A model generated the notes under the pieces. It made no database searches and was not told the DNA's origin. It saw only the letters and a program-made list of their open reading frames with translations. Source: Verrucomicrobiia bacterium (lineage in GTDB: Bacteria > Verrucomicrobiota > Verrucomicrobiia > JADLBR01). Taken from it: a stretch of DNA of 64,000 nucleotides. The stretch's first letter is position 1; the number at the start of each line of letters is the position of its first letter. A program made the position numbers and the translations under genes. This document shows positions 28,209 to 36,280 of this stretch, piece after piece. The stretch is from contig JAPKHT010000005.1 of NCBI GenBank assembly GCA_026646655.1, positions 23,956-87,955 on the forward strand, given 5' to 3'.

Positions 28209-28227
28209 GGAGCCAGGGAGGCGATCC

Positions 28228-28638
28228 ATGAAGCGATTCCAGACACTCGAGGAAGACAGCGGGGAGGGCGGGATCGACATGTCGCCCCTCATCGACTGCG
28301 TGTTCATCCTGCTGATCTTCTTCATCGTGACGACGACGTTCGTGGAGGAGACGGGGATCGAGGTGGACAAGCCGCAGGCGGCGTCGGCGTCGAATTTGGA
28401 GAAGAACAGCATCCTGCTGGCGGTCACCGCGGACGGCGCCGTGGTGTACGGGGGGCGGGACATCGGGTTGAACGGGGTGCAGCCGCTGGTGAAGCGGATG
28501 ATCGCGCAGGAGGACATGCCGGTGATCGTGCAGGTGGACAAGAGCGCGCAGGCGGGGCTCTTCGTGCGGGTGATCGACGAGGCGAAGCTGGCGGGCGCGA
28601 CGAAGGTGAGCGTCGCGACCGCGAGGGTGGTCCAGTAG
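28228..28638 (+). CDS. exbD: ExbD/TolR biopolymer transport protein
   Basis: 136 aa with a GGGAGG SD. The TM helix and ExbD motifs are present ([21 protein letters not shown]...[15 protein letters not shown]). Confidence 0.9.
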   Translation: MKRFQTLEEDSGEGGIDMSPLIDCVFILLIFFIVTTTFVEETGIEVDKPQAASASNLEKNSILLAVTADGAVVYGGRDIGLNGVQPLVKRMIAQEDMPVIVQVDKSAQAGLFVRVIDEAKLAGATKVSVATARVVQ

Positions 28639-28671
28639 GGCGGTTCGCGGGATGGCGAGCGGGCATCGTGC

Positions 28672-29337
28672 ATGAGCGCGTCACTTAAGGAAGGGCCGGG
28701 GCTGTTTCGGTGGCTGCGCTCCGTATTCTGGGCGGTCGCGTTCAGCGTGGCGGTGTTCCTGGTGCTGCCGTTGCTGCAGGTGATCGGCGGGGGCGGGGGC
28801 AAGGACGATCTGCTGCGGCTGGTGGACGTCGCGCAGCTGCCTCCGCCGGTCGCGCCGCAGGAGCCGCCGCCGGAGCAGAAGCAGGAGGAGCCGGAGCCCG
28901 AGCCGGACCAGGCGCCGCCGGCGCCGCTGGACCTGTCGCAGCTGGAGCTGGCGCTGAATCCGGGTGCGGTGGGCGGCGATGGGGCGGGCATGATCGCGGA
29001 CCTGACGCGGGCGGCGTTCAGCAGGGCGGCGGAGGGCGTGGATGTCGAGGAGGTGTTTTCGGCCTCGGACCTGGACCAGCCGCCGAAGGTGGTCAACCAG
29101 GTGAAGCCGAACTACCCGCCGGAGCTGCGCAAGCAGGAGATCACGGGGCGTGTGCTGGTGGCATTCACCGTGCTGGCCGACGGGAGGGTGACCAACGTGC
29201 GCGTCGATCAATCGACCAACCCGGCGTTCGACCAGGCGGCGCTCGCGGCGGTGCGGCAGTGGCGGTTCGAGCCGGGGCAGAAGGGCGGCAAGTCCGTCTC
29301 GTTTCGCATGAGGATACCGATCAGTTTCAAGCCGTGA
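28672..29337 (+). CDS. tonB: TonB-family energy transducer (N-terminal TM anchor, Pro-rich spacer, TonB C-terminal domain)
   Basis: Pro/Glu-rich spacer PPPVAPQEPPPEQKQEEPEPEPDQAPP, then a C-terminal domain KPNYPPELRKQEITGRVLVAFTVLADGRVTNVRVDQS...FEPG. Confidence 0.85.
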   Translation: MSASLKEGPGLFRWLRSVFWAVAFSVAVFLVLPLLQVIGGGGGKDDLLRLVDVAQLPPPVAPQEPPPEQKQEEPEPEPDQAPPAPLDLSQLELALNPGAVGGDGAGMIADLTRAAFSRAAEGVDVEEVFSASDLDQPPKVVNQVKPNYPPELRKQEITGRVLVAFTVLADGRVTNVRVDQSTNPAFDQAALAAVRQWRFEPGQKGGKSVSFRMRIPISFKP

Positions 29338-29413
29338 TGGAGGAGATATGAAATCGAGTGGAGACAGCAATCTTGCCGCGATGGGCGCTATCGTGGATGG
29401 CGCATCCTCAGAC

Positions 29414-29497
29414 CGGGAGGGACGCCGGCCCCGGCGTCCGGGTTTCACCCGCCTGCGGATGCCTTGTGGGACGCGGCCCGCGAGGCCGCGGGCCCTC
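29414..29497 (-). repeat. GC-hairpin repeat family C, copy c (both modules, opposite orientation)
   Basis: gacgccggccccggcgtc ... ggcccgcgaggccgcgggccctccc. Lies upstream of the preferred start of the TPR gene. Confidence 0.7.
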
Positions 29498-29521
29498 CCT
29501 TCCCGGATCTTGCGGTGGGGG

Positions 29522-30871
29522 ATGGTTCCCCTGGGCTTTGCCCTGGCCTCCGGGGTTTCGGCCCAAGAGCCACAGCCCTCGTGGCCGGTCAACTATTTCC
29601 GCTCGGAGGAATTCAAGCGGGATTTCTTGGGCAGCTATGGCATGCGGACCGACATCGAGCCCTACCTCTCCACCGAGGAGGAGAAGACGCGGATGCAGGA
29701 ACTCACGGACCTGATCGCGACCAACCCGCGGCAGGCGGTGCGCGACCTGATGGAGTACATCACCGACGAGACCAACGCGCAGTTCGATTTCACCCTGGGC
29801 AACCTGTATTTTCAGGGCGGTGACATCGACCGGGCGGCCTCGCGATACTTCCAGGCGACGAAGAAATTTCCGAATTTCCTCCGGGCGCACAAGAACCTGG
29901 GGATGATCCATTTTCGGAAGGGCCGGAACGCGGAGGCGATCAAGTCGCTGACGCGGGCGGTGGAGCTCGGGGGCGCGGACGGGACGGTGCTGGGGATCCT
30001 CGGCCTGGCGTACCTGAACACGGAGCGCTGGCTCTCGGCGGAGTCCGCGTACCGGAGCGCGCTGCTGCTCCAGCCCGACGTGGCGGATTGGAAGCTGGGG
30101 CTGGCGCGGGCGCTGTTCTCACAGCAGAAATTTGGCGAGGTCAGCGCGCTGATCGACGAGATGATACAGCAGTCGCCGGACCGCGCGGACTACTGGCTGC
30201 TCCAGGCCAACGCGTTCATCGGAATGAACCAGCCGATGAAGGCGGCGCAGAACTACGAGATGCTGATCCGGATGAACAAGGCGACGCCCGAGGCGCTGAA
30301 CCTGCTGGGCGACATCTACGTCAACGAGAAGCTCTACGGGCTGGCCGCGAGGGCCTACGTGATGGCGATGGATGTGGAGCCCGACAAGGGGCTGCCGTCC
30401 GGTGTCCGCGCGGCGGAGATCCTGGCGCAGCGGGGGGCCACCGCCGCGGCGAAGGATGTCGTGAAAGGGCTCCGCGACGCGGGCCTGGACAAGCTGGCGG
30501 CGGAGGACAAGCGGCGGGTGCTGAAGACCGAGGCGAGGGTGGCGGCGGCCGAGGGGGCGGGGGACGAGGCGGCGAAGGTGCTGCACGAGATCGTGGATCT
30601 CGACCCGCTCGACGGCGAGGCATTGCTGCTGCTGGGGCAGCACTACGGGCGCAAGGGCGAGCCGGAGAAGGCAATCTTCATGTACGAGCGGGCGGCGGGC
30701 ATCGAGGCCTTCGAGGCGGACGCCAAGGTGCGCCACGCGCAGTTGCTGGTGGAGCAGGGCAAGCTCGAGCCGGCCGTGCCGTTGCTCAAGCGCGCTCAGG
30801 AGATCAAGCCGCGCGACAGCGTCGGCCAGTTCCTCGACCAGGTGGAGCGGATTGTCAGGAGGCGACGGTAG
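29522..30871 (+). CDS. Tetratricopeptide-repeat protein (TtpD-like accessory of TonB2-type systems); alternative start 29348
   Basis: Signal peptide MVPLGFALASGVSAQEP followed by multiple TPR units. The upstream ATG at 29348 has a GGAGGAG SD, but it would put a repeat-C element and a 58-aa n-region inside the CDS. Confidence 0.75.
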   Translation: MVPLGFALASGVSAQEPQPSWPVNYFRSEEFKRDFLGSYGMRTDIEPYLSTEEEKTRMQELTDLIATNPRQAVRDLMEYITDETNAQFDFTLGNLYFQGGDIDRAASRYFQATKKFPNFLRAHKNLGMIHFRKGRNAEAIKSLTRAVELGGADGTVLGILGLAYLNTERWLSAESAYRSALLLQPDVADWKLGLARALFSQQKFGEVSALIDEMIQQSPDRADYWLLQANAFIGMNQPMKAAQNYEMLIRMNKATPEALNLLGDIYVNEKLYGLAARAYVMAMDVEPDKGLPSGVRAAEILAQRGATAAAKDVVKGLRDAGLDKLAAEDKRRVLKTEARVAAAEGAGDEAAKVLHEIVDLDPLDGEALLLLGQHYGRKGEPEKAIFMYERAAGIEAFEADAKVRHAQLLVEQGKLEPAVPLLKRAQEIKPRDSVGQFLDQVERIVRRRR

Positions 30872-30918
30872 CGCAGTGTCGCAGACGTCATGCGCGTCGC
30901 GGCGGGCACCACCGGGAC

Positions 30919-31006
30919 AGAAAATGCAGCCGAGGCCGTGAGGCCTTGGCGGCCAAACGCTTACGCGTTCGGCTACGGGAGGCGATGCGGCATTTTCGGG
31001 TCAGCC
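30919..31006 (-). repeat. Dispersed repeat family A, copy 4 (reverse)
   Basis: Its reverse complement (gctgacccgaaaatgccgcatcgcctcccgtagccgaacgcgtaagcgtttggccgccaaggcctcacggcctcggctgcattttc) is near-identical to copy 2. Confidence 0.85.
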
Positions 31007-31010
31007 GACG

Positions 31011-31035
31011 CGGCCCGCGAGGCCGCGGGCCCTCC
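31011..31035 (-). repeat. GC-hairpin repeat family C, copy d
   Basis: ggcccgcgaggccgcgggccctccc, directly abutting repeat-A copy 4. Confidence 0.7.
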
Positions 31036-31178
31036 CGGCGAGCGTGCCAATGAGCGACCCGCGCGACGACCGGCGTGCGGCGCGTGCCGGGGCCCGCGGT
31101 CTCTTGACAGGGGTCGGGTCTCCGCTAGGGGTTCCGGGTGTGGATGTTGCACATCTGAGGCGTTAGGAGTGACTGGCG

Positions 31179-31523
31179 GTGCATCGGCTTGCTGACATGG
31201 GTGTCCCTGGATCGTGCGGGATCGTCGGGGCGATCGACGAGGCGTCGCCTTTTGGGCGTCGGCTGCGCGAGATGGGGATCCGGGAGGGGGAGGAGTTCGA
31301 ATGGGTGTCGGGCGAGGACCCGGTGTTGCTGCGGTGCGGGGGTTCGCGGCTGGCGGTATGCCGGGAGATGCTGGGTGCGGTGTGGGTGTGCCGGTGTCGC
31401 GGGGCGGGGACGGAGTGCGGATTGACCGGGATGGCGGCGGTGTGCCCCGAGCCGTGCGGGTCGCTCCGCCGGATCGTGTGCCGGGCGGCGAGGGGGGCGA
31501 TGGCGCTGTTCCGTCGGCCATGA
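31179..31523 (+). CDS. feoA: FeoA-domain protein (GTG start) with Cys-rich C-terminal tail
   Basis: FeoA motif LADMGVPGSCGIVGAIDEASPFGRRLREMGIREGEEFEWVSGEDPVLLRCGGSRLAVCREMLGAVWV, with a TAGGAGTG SD eight nt upstream of the GTG. Confidence 0.7.
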   Translation: MHRLADMGVPGSCGIVGAIDEASPFGRRLREMGIREGEEFEWVSGEDPVLLRCGGSRLAVCREMLGAVWVCRCRGAGTECGLTGMAAVCPEPCGSLRRIVCRAARGAMALFRRP

Positions 31524-31756
31524 GGGCGCTCAGCGAGCTGCCGCTGGGAGGCTGCGGGCGATTGGCCGCGATCGATGCGGCGTGCGGGGCCTCGCAGAGG
31601 CTGATGGCGATGGGGTTTCTCCCGGGCGCAGACATTAAGGTGGTGGGCGTGGCGCCGTTCGGCGACCCGATCACGGTGGAGATCCGGGGGAGACGGGTGA
31701 GCCTGCGGCGGGCTGACGCGGCGGCGATCCGGGTTGGGGAAGCGGGTCCGGCGTAG
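31520..31756 (+). CDS. feoA: FeoA-domain protein (second copy, ATGA-overlapped with the first)
   Basis: 78 aa with FeoA motif LSELPLGGCGRLAAIDAACGASQRLMAMGFLPGADIKVVGVAPFGDPITVEIRGRRVSLRRADAAAIRV. Confidence 0.7.
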   Translation: MRALSELPLGGCGRLAAIDAACGASQRLMAMGFLPGADIKVVGVAPFGDPITVEIRGRRVSLRRADAAAIRVGEAGPA

Positions 31757-31795
31757 CTCGAAAATAGGGCGCCCGCAACGCAGCCGCGGATTTTT
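31756..31795 (+). repeat. Truncated repeat family A fragment (5' part only)
   Basis: gctcgaaaatagggcgcccgcaacgcagccgcgg matches the 5' arm of copies 2 and 3. Confidence 0.5.
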
Positions 31796-31905
31796 GGATT
31801 TGGTGTTGACGCACCGCCCGGGAACGTCTTTATTCAGCGTTTGCCCCGGCCCGGATTGGTCCGGGGCTCGCGGTATCTATATCTGTCGAATCTGGAGCAG
31901 CGCAT

Positions 31906-32610
31906 ATGGCGAAGGCGATTGATCTGAAGGCGTACGCGAGGGCGGCCAAGGGGCGCGGGCCCGTGGGCCGACTGAGGCGGAGCGGGCGCGTCCCGGCCGT
32001 GCTATACGGGAAGCGCACCGACGCGGTTTCCCTCGAGGTGGCCGAGAAGGACCTCAACGCGGCGGTCCATGGCACCTCCAGCGAGAACGTCCTGCTGGAT
32101 TTGGACATGGAGCTGGGCGACAAGAGCCGCAAGACGACGGCGTTCGTGCAGCACGTGCAGCACGATCCGGTCACCGGGAGGATCCTCCACGTGGATCTCC
32201 ACGAGATCGCGGCGAACGAGAAGCTGAAGGCGCACGTTCCGGTGCGGTCCCTGGGCGAGCCGATCGGCGTCAAGACATTCGGGGGCATCCTGGAGAACAT
32301 CCTGCGCGAGTTGCATGTCGAGTGCCTGCCGAAGGATCTGCCGGACCGGATCGAGGTGGACGTGAGCGGCCTCAACGTGGGCCAGAGCATCCACGTCAAG
32401 GAGATCGCGGTTCCCGACGGGGTGGCGGTCCTGAATTCTGGCGACGTGGTGGTCTTTGCCGTCGCGGCGCCGACCGTGGCGGAAGAAGAGGCGGCGCCCG
32501 CCGAGGGGGCCGCGGAAGGTGCGGCCGGTGCGGCCCCGGCGGCCGAGGGCGCGGCGCCCGCCGCGGAGGCCGGACAGGCCCCCGAGGCCAAGGGCAAGGG
32601 CAAGGGTTGA
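31906..32610 (+). CDS. rplY: 50S ribosomal protein L25 / general stress protein Ctc, with Ala/Glu-rich C-terminal tail
   Basis: N-terminus MAKAIDLKAYARAAKGRGPVGRLRRSGRVPAVLYG and motifs HVDLHEI...HVKEI are typical of L25/Ctc. Confidence 0.85.
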   Translation: MAKAIDLKAYARAAKGRGPVGRLRRSGRVPAVLYGKRTDAVSLEVAEKDLNAAVHGTSSENVLLDLDMELGDKSRKTTAFVQHVQHDPVTGRILHVDLHEIAANEKLKAHVPVRSLGEPIGVKTFGGILENILRELHVECLPKDLPDRIEVDVSGLNVGQSIHVKEIAVPDGVAVLNSGDVVVFAVAAPTVAEEEAAPAEGAAEGAAGAAPAAEGAAPAAEAGQAPEAKGKGKG

Positions 32611-32640
32611 TCCCGGGCTGGCGACGGAGGAATTTGACGG

Positions 32641-33246
32641 GTGGTGCGCGTGGTCGCGGGTCTTGGAAATCCTGGCGTGGAATACGAGCAGACGCGCCAC
32701 AACATCGGCTATGCGGTGCTGGACTGCGTGGCCGCCCGGCGCGGCGCGCTCTGGCGCGAGCAGCGGTGGTGCAAGGCCGCGGTCGCGGAGACCAATTTCG
32801 GCTCCGCGGAAGGGCCGCGCATCCCGGTCTGGCTGCTGAAGCCGCGCACCTACATGAACCGCTCGGGCGACGCGCTGGCGGCATTCTGCAAGGACAAGGG
32901 GGTCAATCCGGAAGAGGTGCTCGTCGTGCTCGATGACGTGGCGCTGGAGGTGGGCCAGCTGCGGCTCCGGGCGAGCGGCAGCTCGGGGGGCCACAATGGG
33001 CTGGAGTCGATCGAGGAGCGACTCGGGACGAGGGAGTACCCGCGCCTGCGCTGCGGCGTGGGGGCGCCGCGCGGCGGCGATCTGGCGGGGTTCGTGCTCG
33101 ACGCGTTCGCGCCGGGCGAGGCCCTTGCGGTCGACGGCATGATCGACCGGGCGTCCCGGGCGGTGGACGCGGCCTGCACCTTGGGATTGACTGCGGCGAT
33201 GAACGAATTTAATCGGAGGAATGACTCGGAGGGCGGTCGCGGTTAG
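32641..33246 (+). CDS. pth: Peptidyl-tRNA hydrolase
   Basis: GTG start with a GGAGGA SD. Motifs VVAGLGNPGVEYEQTRHNIG, LLKPRTYMNRSG and GGHNGLESI. Confidence 0.9.
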   Translation: MVRVVAGLGNPGVEYEQTRHNIGYAVLDCVAARRGALWREQRWCKAAVAETNFGSAEGPRIPVWLLKPRTYMNRSGDALAAFCKDKGVNPEEVLVVLDDVALEVGQLRLRASGSSGGHNGLESIEERLGTREYPRLRCGVGAPRGGDLAGFVLDAFAPGEALAVDGMIDRASRAVDAACTLGLTAAMNEFNRRNDSEGGRG

Positions 33247-33302
33247 TCGGGCCGCCCTCGTTCTGCAAAGCAATGGCACCCACGGCACCTGAGATAGAGA
33301 AC

Positions 33303-33641
33303 ATGGCGATCAAAGAATACGAGGCACTGTACATACTGGACACCCGGGGCAAGGACGAGGGCGTCGGGGAAATCATCGAGCGGATCGAGGCGGAGATTCG
33401 GGAGGCCGGGGGATTCGTCCGGGGCGTCCAGAAGATGGACCGCCACAGGTTCGAGCGGGTGGCGGGGAATCTGGACAGCGGATTTTTCGTCAACATCCAG
33501 TTCTCCGCCCCGGCGGACGCGATCGACAAGATCCGCCCGAAGCTGGCCTTCGACGCGGAGGTCTTCCGGCAATTTTACGTCAACGCGAAGGCGGGGGCCA
33601 AGCCGGGCGGCGAGGCCAAGGGCGCCGCGGCATCCGAGTAG
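33303..33641 (+). CDS. rpsF: 30S ribosomal protein S6
   Basis: MAIKEYEALYILD... N-terminus typical of S6. Immediately followed by ssb. Confidence 0.8.
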   Translation: MAIKEYEALYILDTRGKDEGVGEIIERIEAEIREAGGFVRGVQKMDRHRFERVAGNLDSGFFVNIQFSAPADAIDKIRPKLAFDAEVFRQFYVNAKAGAKPGGEAKGAAASE

Positions 33642-33654
33642 CGGGGATGGCAAG

Positions 33655-34116
33655 ATGGCGTCGCTGAACAAAGTTTTCCTGATGGGCAACCTGACCCGCG
33701 ATCCGGATGTCAGGTACACGCCCAAGGGGACCGCGGTCGCCGACATCAGCATGGCGATCAACATGGTCTACCGCACGCAGGATGGCAGCGATCGCGAGGA
33801 GGTCGTCTACGTCGACGTCGTGACGTGGGGCCGGCAGGCGGAGACCTGCGGCCAGTATCTGTCGAAGGGGTCGCCCGTATTCGTGGAGGGGCGGCTGCAG
33901 CTGGACCAGTGGGAGGACAAGGACGGACAGAAGCGGAGCCGCCTGCGGGTGCGGGCGGAGCGGGTCCAGTTTTTGGGTCGCGGCAAGGCGAGCGAGGGCA
34001 AGGCGCCGGCGCCGGCACCCTCATCCGAGGGGCAGGCGGCGCAGCGGCCGCCAGCGCCCGGGCCCGCGCCCGCCGAGGAGCATGGCCATCCCGAGGAAGA
34101 CGACATCCCGTTCTAA
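33655..34116 (+). CDS. ssb: Single-stranded DNA-binding protein
   Basis: OB-fold motifs NKVFLMGNLTRDPDVRYT...VFVEGRLQ, a Gly/Pro/Ala-rich linker, and the acidic tail EEDDIPF. Confidence 0.9.
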   Translation: MASLNKVFLMGNLTRDPDVRYTPKGTAVADISMAINMVYRTQDGSDREEVVYVDVVTWGRQAETCGQYLSKGSPVFVEGRLQLDQWEDKDGQKRSRLRVRAERVQFLGRGKASEGKAPAPAPSSEGQAAQRPPAPGPAPAEEHGHPEEDDIPF

Positions 34117-34152
34117 GGGTTGGGCGAGAATCAATCATAGGAGCACCAGACG

Positions 34153-34764
34153 ATGCACACCGAGATCATCCTCAAAGCGAAAGTGGAGGGCCTGGGGGCC
34201 GAGGCCGACCTCGTGAAGGTCCGGCCGGGCTACGCCCGGAACTACCTGATCCCGCGGGGCCTCGCCATGCCGGCGACCTCGGCGGTCAAACACCAGGTGG
34301 AGAAGCTCAAGCAGGCGCGCGCCGAGCGCGAGGCCCGCGAGCTCAACGAGGCCAACGCGCTGGCCACCCGGATCAACCGCATGACGCTCACGTTCCAGAT
34401 GACCGCGGGCGGCGAGGGCGAGAAGGTCTTCGGCTCGGTCACGGCGCACGACGTCGTGGAGCGGCTGGCCAAGGAGAATGTCCACATCGACCGCAAGAAG
34501 CTCAAGTTGCCGCACCCGATCAAGGCGACCGGCGAGCACGAGATCGAGGTGAACCTGCACCCCGACGTGAAGGGCACGCTGCGAGTCGTGCTCGAGGTCA
34601 AGCGTGTGGCGGGCGAGGACGAGGAGCACGAGGCCAAGGGCCACAAGGGCCACAAGGCCGCCAAGCGCCCCAAGAAGGGCGAGGAACCCGAGGACAAGGG
34701 CAAGGACAAGAAGGCCAAGGATTCCGGCAAGGGCGCCAAGGGCGCCAAGGCCAAGGGCGGCTGA
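34153..34764 (+). CDS. rplI: 50S ribosomal protein L9 with Lys-rich C-terminal extension
   Basis: N-terminus MHTEIILKAKVEGLGAEADLVKVRPGYARNYLIPRGLA is typical of L9. Confidence 0.9.
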   Translation: MHTEIILKAKVEGLGAEADLVKVRPGYARNYLIPRGLAMPATSAVKHQVEKLKQARAEREARELNEANALATRINRMTLTFQMTAGGEGEKVFGSVTAHDVVERLAKENVHIDRKKLKLPHPIKATGEHEIEVNLHPDVKGTLRVVLEVKRVAGEDEEHEAKGHKGHKAAKRPKKGEEPEDKGKDKKAKDSGKGAKGAKAKGG

Positions 34765-34793
34765 TGGGCCGGGGTCCCGGCGGGGGGTGAGGG

Positions 34794-36245
34794 GTGGCTG
34801 ACGCGAAGCCGAAGGGACAGCAGGGCGGCCGGGGGGCTGGCGACCGGCGCCCCGCGGCGCGGGCGGAGATGCCGCGCACCTGGCCGATCCCGCACAGCCT
34901 CGAGGCCGAGAAGGGCGTCCTGGGCTCGATGTTGCTCTCGCCCCGGGAGGCCGCCGACGAGGCGCGCGAGAAACTCGTCGAGGAGGCGTTTTTCGATCCG
35001 CGCAACCAGGACATCTTTCGCGGCATCAAGGACATCCTGGACCGGGGCATCCAGCTCGATCTGCTGACGCTGCGGCAGTGGCTCGAGGACCGCGGTCTCC
35101 TGGAGCGCGTCGGGGGCGATGGCTACATCGCCGAACTGGTCACCGAGGTGCCGACCCCGGCGCACATCTTCAGCTATATCGGCCTGGTCCGCAACAAGTA
35201 CCTGCTTCGCCGCGCGGTGCACTCCTGCGCCGAGATCGTCCATCTGGTGCACGAGTCGCCCGAGGAGCCGGCGCCGGTCCTGGAGATGGCCCAGGAGGCC
35301 TTCTTCGAGATCTCCTCGGAGAACATCACCCGGGAGGCGCGGAGCGCCAGGGAGCTGGCGGTGCCGGTGATGAGGCACATCGAGGAGCGCGTCGAGCGCC
35401 GAAAGGCCGGCGATCCGATCACGGGCGTGCCGACGGGTTTCAAGGATTTCGACAACCTCACGGGCGGGCTGAACGGCGGGGAGATGATCGTGTTCGCCGC
35501 GAGGCCGGGGGTGGGCAAGACCTCCTTCGCGCTCAACATCGCCGAGCACGCCGCGGTCGAGGCCCGCCGCAAGGTCGGCATCTTCTCCCTGGAGATGACC
35601 GCGGAGCAGCTCATGCTTCGGCTCCTGGCCTCGCGCGCCCGGATCGACCTCTCGACCATCCGCAAGGGCTTCGTCAACGAGTCCCAGTTCCACCGCCTCG
35701 CCCAGGTCACCGACGACCTGATGCAGTCCGACATCATCATCGACGACGGGGTGGGCATCACCATGCAACAGCTCAGGACCAAGTCCCGCCGGCTGCAGCG
35801 GCGACACGGGTTGGACCTGATCATCATCGACTATCTCCAGTTGCTCCAGCCGGGCGCATCCCGGCCCCACGACAGCCGCCAGACCGAGGTGGCGGAGATC
35901 TCTGGCGCCATCAAAGGGTTGGCCAAGGAACTGTCGGTGCCGGTGATCGTCCTGTGCCAGCTCAACCGCAAGCCGGAGGAGCGGGGCGGCCAACCCCGGC
36001 TCTCGGACCTCCGCGAGTCGGGGGCGATCGAGCAGGACGCCGATCTGGTCGGCATGCTCTACCGTCCGGACATGTACCGGGAGGGGGAGGCCGCCGAGGA
36101 TCCCTCCCCCGTCGGCGAGGCCGTCCTCGATATCCAGAAACACCGCAACGGACCCACGCAAAAAATTGATTTGACCTTTCTTAAGCAGCTAACCAGATTC
36201 GAGACTCGAGCCCGGGCCAGAGATGCTGAGCCCGGGGCCGAGTGA
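34794..36245 (+). CDS. dnaB: Replicative DNA helicase DnaB
   Basis: GTG start. Walker A (ARPGVGKTSFALNIA), motif H4 (LIIIDYLQLL) and the RecA-like core (SGAIEQDADLV). Confidence 0.9.
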   Translation: MADAKPKGQQGGRGAGDRRPAARAEMPRTWPIPHSLEAEKGVLGSMLLSPREAADEAREKLVEEAFFDPRNQDIFRGIKDILDRGIQLDLLTLRQWLEDRGLLERVGGDGYIAELVTEVPTPAHIFSYIGLVRNKYLLRRAVHSCAEIVHLVHESPEEPAPVLEMAQEAFFEISSENITREARSARELAVPVMRHIEERVERRKAGDPITGVPTGFKDFDNLTGGLNGGEMIVFAARPGVGKTSFALNIAEHAAVEARRKVGIFSLEMTAEQLMLRLLASRARIDLSTIRKGFVNESQFHRLAQVTDDLMQSDIIIDDGVGITMQQLRTKSRRLQRRHGLDLIIIDYLQLLQPGASRPHDSRQTEVAEISGAIKGLAKELSVPVIVLCQLNRKPEERGGQPRLSDLRESGAIEQDADLVGMLYRPDMYREGEAAEDPSPVGEAVLDIQKHRNGPTQKIDLTFLKQLTRFETRARARDAEPGAE

Positions 36246-36280
36246 GGATTTTGGAAGCCAGAAAGGTAAGGGATTGTCGT

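Noticed and set aside
31090-31130. TTGACA hexamer at about 31097 as a -35 box for feoA
   Set aside because: No acceptable -10 element lies at 16-19 nt spacing.
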